A DNA stretch of 64,000 nt from Terriglobia bacterium (lineage in GTDB: Bacteria > Acidobacteriota > Terriglobia > JAJPHL01 > JAPKYU01). Shown piece by piece: positions 58,157 to 64,000 of the stretch. Numbering within the stretch: position 1 is the stretch's first letter; every line of letters starts with the position of its first letter. The DNA is taken from contig CBDCVK010000010.1 in NCBI GenBank assembly GCA_965223005.1, positions 704,001 through 768,000 of the forward strand, given 5' to 3'. The notes beneath the pieces were generated by a model. That model ran no database searches and was not told where the DNA came from. It worked only from the letters and a program-made list of their open reading frames with translations. The translations under genes were made by a program, and so were the position numbers.

Positions 58157-60040
58157 ATGCCTGATAAACCCATGCCCGATAAACGGCGGCGATATCGTTT
58201 CCTGACGATAGCGGTCCTTGCCTTCCTGGGCTTGCTGACGGCAGCCTGGCTCGCGCGCATGTCGCATGCCGAGGAAAAGCCCACGGCCAGCGAGGCCCAG
58301 GCGTTCCTCGAGCAGGCGGAAGGTCGCCTACTCGAGCTCTGGGTCAAAGCCTCGCGAGCCTCCTGGGTGCAGGCCAACTTCATCACCGAGGACACCGAGC
58401 GGTTGGCCGCCGCCGCTCACAAGGACGTCCTCGCCGCCACCACTGAACTGGCCCATGCCGCCACTCGCTTCGACGGATTGGCGCATTCTCAAAGTGTGGC
58501 CGACGACGTGGCCCGCAGGTTGAAACTGCTCAAGCTGTCACTGACGCTGATGGCCCCCAACGTCCCGGCCCAGCAGAAGGAGCTGACTGACATCGCTGCC
58601 TCGCTGGAGAGCGATTACGGAAAAGGGCGCTATTGCCCGGATGGGAAACAAGGCGAGTGCCTCGACCTGAGCCAGATGCGACGCATCCTGGCCAACAGCC
58701 GCGACGCGGAGAAGCTGCGCAAGGTCTGGGTCGGCTGGCGGACCGTCTCACCGCCGATGCGTCCCCGCTACCAGCGCCTGGCGGAACTGGCCAACCAGGG
58801 CGCGCGTGAACTGGGCTTCGCCGACCTGGGCGTGCTCTGGCGCTCCAAGTACGACATGCCCCCGGACGAGTTTACCGCGGAGGTTGAGCGGCTTTGGCAG
58901 CAGGTCCGGCCCCTCTATGAAGCGCTGCATGCCCACGTCCGCGCCTCGCTGGCTAGCCAGTATGGCAGTGACCTGGTTCCCGAGGATGGCCTGATCCCGG
59001 CGCACCTGCTCGGCAACATGTGGAGCCAGGAATGGAGCAACATCTACCCGCTGGTGGCCCCCAAGCAGAGTGACCCTGGCTTCGACCTCACGGCCCTGCT
59101 GCGCGCCAAGAAAGTGGACGAGCGGGAGATGGTCCGCTACGGCGAGCGTTTCTTCCTTTCGCTGGGCTTTGAGCCGCTGCCCGAGACCTTCTGGCAGCGC
59201 TCGCTGTTCACCAAGCCGGCCGACCGCGACGTGGTCTGCCATGCCAGCGCCTGGGACATTGACTTCGACCAGGACCTGCGCATCAAGATGTGCATCGAGA
59301 TTGTCGCCGAGGATTTCTACACCATCCATCACGAGCTGGGACACAACTTCTACCAGCGCGCCTACCGGCAGCTGCCGATGCTCTACCGCGACGGCGCCCA
59401 CGACGGCTTCCACGAAGCCGTCGGCGACGCCATCTCCCTGTCCATCACACCGTCGTACCTGAAACAGATTGGGTTGCTGGATAAGGTGCCAGACCAGCGC
59501 GCTGACCTTGGACTGCTAACGAAGCTGGCCCTGGAGAAGATTGCCTTCCTCCCCTTCGGCCTGCTGATAGACCAGTGGCGCTGGAAGGTTTTCTCGGGCG
59601 ACATCCGCCCCGCTGACTACAACACTGCCTGGTGGGAGCTAAGGAAACGCTACCAGGGCATCGCGCCCCCGGTACCACGCAGCGAGGCCAACTTTGACCC
59701 CGGAGCCAAGTATCACATTCCCGCCAACGTTCCCTACACCCGCTACTTTCTGGCCACCATCCTTCAGTTCCAGTTCCATCGCGCACTGTGCCGCGAGGCC
59801 GGCTACGAGGGGCCCCTGCACCGCTGCTCCATCTACAACAACAAGGCAGCGGGCCAGAAGCTCCGCAACATGCTCGCCCTGGGCCAGAGCCGTCGCTGGC
59901 CCGACGCCCTCGAAGCGCTCACCGGCCAACGCCAGATGGACGCCACGGCCATCCTTGATTACTTCGCCCCGCTGAAACGCTGGCTCGACCAACAGAACAA
60001 GGCGCGAAAAGTCGGATACCGCCAGCAGGGCGCTTCTTGA
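58157..60040 (+). CDS. M2 family metallopeptidase (peptidyl-dipeptidase A / ACE-like)
   Basis: [45 protein letters not shown]; signal peptide. Confidence 0.95.
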   Translation: MPDKPMPDKRRRYRFLTIAVLAFLGLLTAAWLARMSHAEEKPTASEAQAFLEQAEGRLLELWVKASRASWVQANFITEDTERLAAAAHKDVLAATTELAHAATRFDGLAHSQSVADDVARRLKLLKLSLTLMAPNVPAQQKELTDIAASLESDYGKGRYCPDGKQGECLDLSQMRRILANSRDAEKLRKVWVGWRTVSPPMRPRYQRLAELANQGARELGFADLGVLWRSKYDMPPDEFTAEVERLWQQVRPLYEALHAHVRASLASQYGSDLVPEDGLIPAHLLGNMWSQEWSNIYPLVAPKQSDPGFDLTALLRAKKVDEREMVRYGERFFLSLGFEPLPETFWQRSLFTKPADRDVVCHASAWDIDFDQDLRIKMCIEIVAEDFYTIHHELGHNFYQRAYRQLPMLYRDGAHDGFHEAVGDAISLSITPSYLKQIGLLDKVPDQRADLGLLTKLALEKIAFLPFGLLIDQWRWKVFSGDIRPADYNTAWWELRKRYQGIAPPVPRSEANFDPGAKYHIPANVPYTRYFLATILQFQFHRALCREAGYEGPLHRCSIYNNKAAGQKLRNMLALGQSRRWPDALEALTGQRQMDATAILDYFAPLKRWLDQQNKARKVGYRQQGAS

Positions 60041-60073
60041 GGAGGAAGCAGCGCGGCGCGCCGCTTCCACCGT

Positions 60074-60538
60074 TCAGCACCCTTCCAGCGCCGCATATTT
60101 GTCGAACGTGCTGGTCCAGCCCTCGACGTGCCGGTCGCGCTGCTCGGCGCTTGCGAATCGCGTGTGCGTGAGCACCACCTCGGTCGCGCCGCCAAGATCG
60201 CGGAACTCCACCGTCACCAGGGTCTCGGTGGGATCCATCTCCTTGCCCTCCCACGCCCAGGTAAATACCAGCCTTTCCGGCGCAGCGACTTCCCGGTAGG
60301 TTCCGCCCACGTGGAAGACTTCACCGTCCGGAACCTTCTTCATGCCGATGCGATAGTGGCCGCCGACGCGCAGGTCCACTTCGGCGATGACCGCCACGTG
60401 CCCCACCGGCCCAAACCACTTCTTCAGTTCTTCCGGCTCCGTCCAGGACCGGAACACCACATCGCGCGGTGCAGAGAATCTTCGGTTCAGGCGCAGACTC
60501 GTTTCTTCGGCTTGCTGCTGTGCTGTCGCTTTCGTCAT
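60074..60538 (-). CDS. SRPBCC/AHSA1 domain protein
   Basis: RRFSAPRDVVFRSWTEPE...KWFG, DLRVGG.Y, PERLVFTW, GW. Confidence 0.93.
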   Translation of the reverse strand: MTKATAQQQAEETSLRLNRRFSAPRDVVFRSWTEPEELKKWFGPVGHVAVIAEVDLRVGGHYRIGMKKVPDGEVFHVGGTYREVAAPERLVFTWAWEGKEMDPTETLVTVEFRDLGGATEVVLTHTRFASAEQRDRHVEGWTSTFDKYAALEGC

Positions 60539-60894
60539 CTTTGCTCCTCCTGTTTCGATGGGACTTCCTTATGCTTCTCTTCCAAGTGTGCCGCCAGCCG
60601 GTCAAGCTGTCCCTCCCAAAAGCGCTTGTGGCGGCCGGTCCATTCGGCGGCTTCCTTGAGGGGGTCGGCCACAAACTGGCACCGTTGGTTCCGGCCCTCC
60701 TTTCGCCGCACGACGAGTCCCGCCCTTTCCAGCACGCGAATGTGTTTGGAGATTGCGGGAAGCGAGATCGGGAACGGCTCGGCAAGCTCGCTCACGTAGC
60801 AGTCGCCCCCGGCCAGACGAAGCAGGATCGCGCGTCGGGTCGAGTCGGCAAGGGCACCGAAGGTTTGATCGAGGGAGGCCAAATGCTTAACCAT
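60535..60894 (-). CDS. ArsR/SmtB family transcriptional regulator
   Basis: FGALADSTRRAIL, VSELA, SLPAISKHIRVLERAGLV, GR; start placed at ATG 60894. Confidence 0.93.
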   Translation of the reverse strand: MVKHLASLDQTFGALADSTRRAILLRLAGGDCYVSELAEPFPISLPAISKHIRVLERAGLVVRRKEGRNQRCQFVADPLKEAAEWTGRHKRFWEGQLDRLAAHLEEKHKEVPSKQEEQR

Positions 60895-60902
60895 ATGGTT
60901 AA
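60887..60902. promoter_or_regulatory. Perfect 16-bp palindromic operator TTAACCATATGGTTAA
   Basis: Overlaps the ArsR start codon and the predicted +1. Confidence 0.8.
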
Positions 60903-60929
60903 CTATAGCATGCTTCCTCCACCTGTCAA
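60902..60929 (-). promoter_or_regulatory. sigma70 promoter (TTGACA-N16-TATAGT, extended -10 TG), leaderless
   Basis: ATG begins 7 nt after the -10 hexamer. Confidence 0.75.
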
Positions 60930-61024
60930 GACTCTGCATGCGGTAATAAAGAGGGGTTGCTTTTGACTCGCAGGGGGGTGCCAGCTGAAGCTGCTAAGTG
61001 TTTACAGGGGGCGAGGCACAACTA

Positions 61025-61978
61025 CTACGAACGTAGTATAACGTCGTAGAGATGCATCAATTCTTTCGCGGAGTGGTACTCAATCAGCAGGGCCCCCTTG
61101 TTGGGTGTGCCAGAGAGGCGGACGCGGGTGCCCAGGGCGCGCTCCAGTTCCAGCAGCGCGGCGCGGGTGTTGGCGTCCCACTGCTTTGCTTTGGGCGGCT
61201 TGGGTGGAGCAACACCTCCGCGTTTCGAGAACTTCGCGACTAGTTTTTCCGCCATCCGAACCGAGAGGTCGCGGGAGGCGATCTGATCCGCCAGCCAGCA
61301 CTGGGTATCAGCCGACGCTAGCCCGAGCAGCGCCTTGGCATGGCCCACCGACAGCTTACCTTCGGCCAGCAGTTCCTGCACCTCGGCGGGAAGCTTCAGC
61401 AGGCGAATATGATTGGTGATGGTGGCGCGATCCTTGCCGGTGCGCCGGGCCACTTCCTCGTGCTTCAGGCCGAACTCGCGGGTCAGGCGCTCGAAAGCAG
61501 TGGCGGCCTCAAGCGGGTTCAGGTCTTCGCGCTGCAGGTTCTCGACGAGGGCCAGCTCCAGCGACTGCTCCTTCCGGACTTCCTCGACCAGCGCCGGTAC
61601 CATGTGCAGTCCCGCCAGTTGTGCCGCGCGCCAGCGCCGCTCCCCGGCCACCAGTTGAAACTTGCCCCGCCCCGAGGTGGAAGTGCCGGTGGGAGTGACA
61701 ATGATGGGTTGGAGCAGACCGTGAGCGCGGATGGATTCCGCCAGCTCCTCCAGGCTGCTTTTTGGAAACTTCTTGCGCGGCTGGTTGGGGTTGGGCTCGA
61801 TGGCTTCCAGCGGAATCTGGCGCAGGTTGGGTCCCGCACCTGCGGCTGGGCCGGGAACGATCCCCGGAGGCGTAGGCGGCCCGCCGGTCGTCGTGCGCGA
61901 CTCCAGCAGCGCGCCCAGCCCGCGCCCCAAAACCTTACGCCGTTGCCGATCGCTGACCGTCAATTCCAGGTTGGCCAT
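61025..61978 (-). CDS. parB: Chromosome partitioning protein ParB
   Basis: LGRGLGALL, PNPNQPRKKF, GLLQPI, VAGERRWRAA, ENLQREDLNPLE, HTH. Confidence 0.97.
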   Translation of the reverse strand: MANLELTVSDRQRRKVLGRGLGALLESRTTTGGPPTPPGIVPGPAAGAGPNLRQIPLEAIEPNPNQPRKKFPKSSLEELAESIRAHGLLQPIIVTPTGTSTSGRGKFQLVAGERRWRAAQLAGLHMVPALVEEVRKEQSLELALVENLQREDLNPLEAATAFERLTREFGLKHEEVARRTGKDRATITNHIRLLKLPAEVQELLAEGKLSVGHAKALLGLASADTQCWLADQIASRDLSVRMAEKLVAKFSKRGGVAPPKPPKAKQWDANTRAALLELERALGTRVRLSGTPNKGALLIEYHSAKELMHLYDVILRS

Positions 61979-62732
61979 GAGCGATGATCTCCTTTGCCAG
62001 GCGGATGTAGCTTTCGGCTCCGCGCGAGCGCACGTCGTAAAGCAAGATCGGCTTGCCGAAGCTGGGGGCTTCGGCCAAACGCACATTTCGCGGGATGGTG
62101 GTCGTGAATATCTTGTCGCCGAAGTATCCGCGCAGATCCTCAGCTACCTGCCGCGAGAGGTTGGTGCGCTCGTCGTACATGGTGAGCAGCACCCCCTCGA
62201 GCGCCAGCGCGGGGTTGAAGGCCTGCCGGATGCGCTCCACCGTATCCAACAGCTCCGCGACTCCTTCGAGCGCGAAGTACTCGCATTGGATGGGAGCCAG
62301 CACCGCATCGGCTGCCACCAGGGCGTTCAGGGTCAGCAGATCCAGGGCCGGCGGGCAGTCAATCACAATGTAGTGGTATTCGGAGCGGAGCGGGCCCAGC
62401 AGACGGGCCATCTGGTGCTCACGGGCTTCCTCGTCGATCAGCTCCAGATTGGCCCCGATCAGGTTCTTGTCGGACGGCACCAGCCAAAGGCCCTGCAGCT
62501 CGGTCTCGAGCACCACCTCGTCGAGCGAAGCCTTGCCCAGCAGCGCGTCGTAGAGGGTGAGGCGCTTCTGATTCTTGCGAAAGCCCAGCCCGCCCGTCGT
62601 GTTGGCCTGGGGGTCACAGTCCACCAGCAGGACGCGGCACTCGGCCGCGGCCAGCGAAGCGGCTAGGTTGATGGCGGTGGTGGTCTTGCCAACGCCGCCC
62701 TTCTGGTTAGCAATCGCGATCACGCGGGCCAT
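61935..62732 (-). CDS. parA: Chromosome partitioning ATPase ParA/Soj
   Basis: NQKGGVGKTTT, DCDPQAN, IDCPP, QCEYFALEG, IPRNVRLAEAPS. Confidence 0.98.
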   Translation of the reverse strand: MARVIAIANQKGGVGKTTTAINLAASLAAAECRVLLVDCDPQANTTGGLGFRKNQKRLTLYDALLGKASLDEVVLETELQGLWLVPSDKNLIGANLELIDEEAREHQMARLLGPLRSEYHYIVIDCPPALDLLTLNALVAADAVLAPIQCEYFALEGVAELLDTVERIRQAFNPALALEGVLLTMYDERTNLSRQVAEDLRGYFGDKIFTTTIPRNVRLAEAPSFGKPILLYDVRSRGAESYIRLAKEIIAHGQPGIDGQRSATA

Positions 62733-62844
62733 GGAATCTCGGACTAGGCCAATCTCAGGATTGAATGTTTAAAACAAATTCATTAACTAATGTAGCACCT
62801 TGCCATGCCGATTGCAAGCAGCAACCCTGCCGCAACCTCAATAA

Positions 62845-62860
62845 TGTTCCACGTGGAACT
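62845..62860. promoter_or_regulatory. parS centromere site (TGTTCCACGTGGAACT)
   Basis: Matches the conserved TGTTNCACGTGNAACA palindrome; directly upstream of parA. Confidence 0.9.
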
Positions 62861-63531
62861 TATCGGGCCTGGGCCTGAGCCTGGCCCACCAGAATCACCC
62901 GACGCTGCGAACCGGGTACTGTCACAGGCTCCCTCCACGCAAAGCTGCTTACCTTGCTGGCCCGCTCCGCATCGGCTGCTCCCAAAAACAACGCCACCTG
63001 ACCCTTGGGGAGAAGAAGCTGTCGCAGCAGTGGCAGCAACCGGTCAAGACGCCCCACGGCCCGCATGGTAAGCCAGCGGCCCAATTCGCGGTCCGGGCGG
63101 CGCGCCAGCTCCTCGGCGCGCGCCGCTTCGACGCGGACCTCCTGCAAGTCAGCCGTGCGAACTACCTCCTTCAAGAACGCCGCCTTTTTCTGCACCGATT
63201 CCATCAGGACCACTTGCATCTCGGGATGAGCGGCCTTCAGTGGCAGCCCGGGAAACCCGGCTCCCGAGCCAACGTCGTAGAGTAGCCCGCGTCCCAGTGG
63301 CATCACTGTGGTGAGGAATAGTGATTCGACAAAGTGTCGGCGCAGAATTTGCCTGGGGTCACGAACGCCGGTCAGGTTGACCCTGCGGTTCCAGCGAATC
63401 AGTAGTTCAAAGTGAGTGCGAAGAACTCGAAGCGCAGGCTCGTCGAGGGTGACGCCAACCTCGGCCAACATGGTGGGAAGCTCTCGCAGCGCGGCGCCTT
63501 CGGAGCCCTCAGGCGGCTGAGTGCGTGCCAT
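62860..63531 (-). CDS. rsmG: 16S rRNA m7G527 methyltransferase
   Basis: WNRRVNLT, HFVESL, DVGSGAGFPGLPL, KKAAFL, RAEE, MRAV. Confidence 0.95.
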   Translation of the reverse strand: MARTQPPEGSEGAALRELPTMLAEVGVTLDEPALRVLRTHFELLIRWNRRVNLTGVRDPRQILRRHFVESLFLTTVMPLGRGLLYDVGSGAGFPGLPLKAAHPEMQVVLMESVQKKAAFLKEVVRTADLQEVRVEAARAEELARRPDRELGRWLTMRAVGRLDRLLPLLRQLLLPKGQVALFLGAADAERASKVSSFAWREPVTVPGSQRRVILVGQAQAQAR

Positions 63532-64000
63532 CGGGCTTGCCGCGCGCCGCGCCTTCCAGGCACACGTTGAGGATGGCGAGGGCGGCTGGGGTGATGCCAG
63601 GAATGCGACCAGCCTGTCCCAGCGTCAGCGGTCGGACGCGCGTCAGCTTCTCGGACACCTCGCGAGAGATGCCGGGAATCCCGCCGTAGTCGAAGCTTTC
63701 CGGGATGCGCCGTCCCTCGCCTCTCTTCAGGCGCTCCATCTGCCGCTGTTGCTGGTTCAGGTATCCCTCGTACTTCACATCAATCTCGGCGCACTTCAAT
63801 TCCAGTTGGGCGACGGGCTCGCCCAGGGCGCGGCGCAGCATCTCGGCCATGTCTTCGATCGAGACCTCGGGGCGCCGCAGCAACTGCGCCAGCGTGGGCC
63901 GCTCGGCCCAGGCCGCAGCGCCGTCCAGCTTGGCCAGTAGCCGGGCGCAGAGAGCATCGCGCGGGTCGGCCCGCAGCTCGCTGAGCAAACCGATGGCACG
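63509..64000 (-). CDS. mnmG: tRNA modification enzyme MnmG (GidA), C-terminal part running off the window
   Basis: LLRRPE, EIDVKYEGY, GISREV.EKL..VRP.TLGQAGRIPGITPA. Confidence 0.95.
   Translation of the reverse strand, partial: RAIGLLSELRADPRDALCARLLAKLDGAAAWAERPTLAQLLRRPEVSIEDMAEMLRRALGEPVAQLELKCAEIDVKYEGYLNQQQRQMERLKRGEGRRIPESFDYGGIPGISREVSEKLTRVRPLTLGQAGRIPGITPAALAILNVCLEGAARGKPDGTHSAA

Overview
High-GC chromosomal window, most likely from an Acidobacteriota genome (basis: Cys-rich insertion near the RpoB N-terminus, GWxTD-domain protein, PDZ-containing histidine kinase, kinase-TPR protein). It probably lies near oriC, since mnmG-rsmG-parS-parA-parB sit at the right end. Most of it is housekeeping: dnaG-rpoD, a purQLF-lepB-purMN-tyrS cluster, the tRNA-tuf-rpmG-secE-nusG-rplKAJL-rpoBC operon, dnaK-dnaJ-hspR and parAB. 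No transposase, integrase, prophage gene or CRISPR array was seen. The strongest leads are: (1) at the left edge, a 5'-truncated cas6 joined back-to-back with another truncated gene, followed by a single CRISPR-repeat-like sequence and a promoter-preceded ~190-nt rod-shaped (6S-like) RNA candidate convergent with rpoD; (2) a small coiled-coil protein with a 27-nt tandem array encoding about nine AT-hook-like motifs, broken by a 4-nt deletion in one unit; (3) matching ECF-sigma promoters in front of rpoD and an incomplete ABC export operon; (4) a GWxTD / beta-barrel / PDZ-kinase / sigma54-activator locus with an IHF plus sigma54 promoter; (5) an apparently catalytically dead REC-GGDEF protein facing a PilZ gene; (6) a reshuffled tuf tRNA cluster. 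All calls come from reading the sequence by eye; no searches were run.
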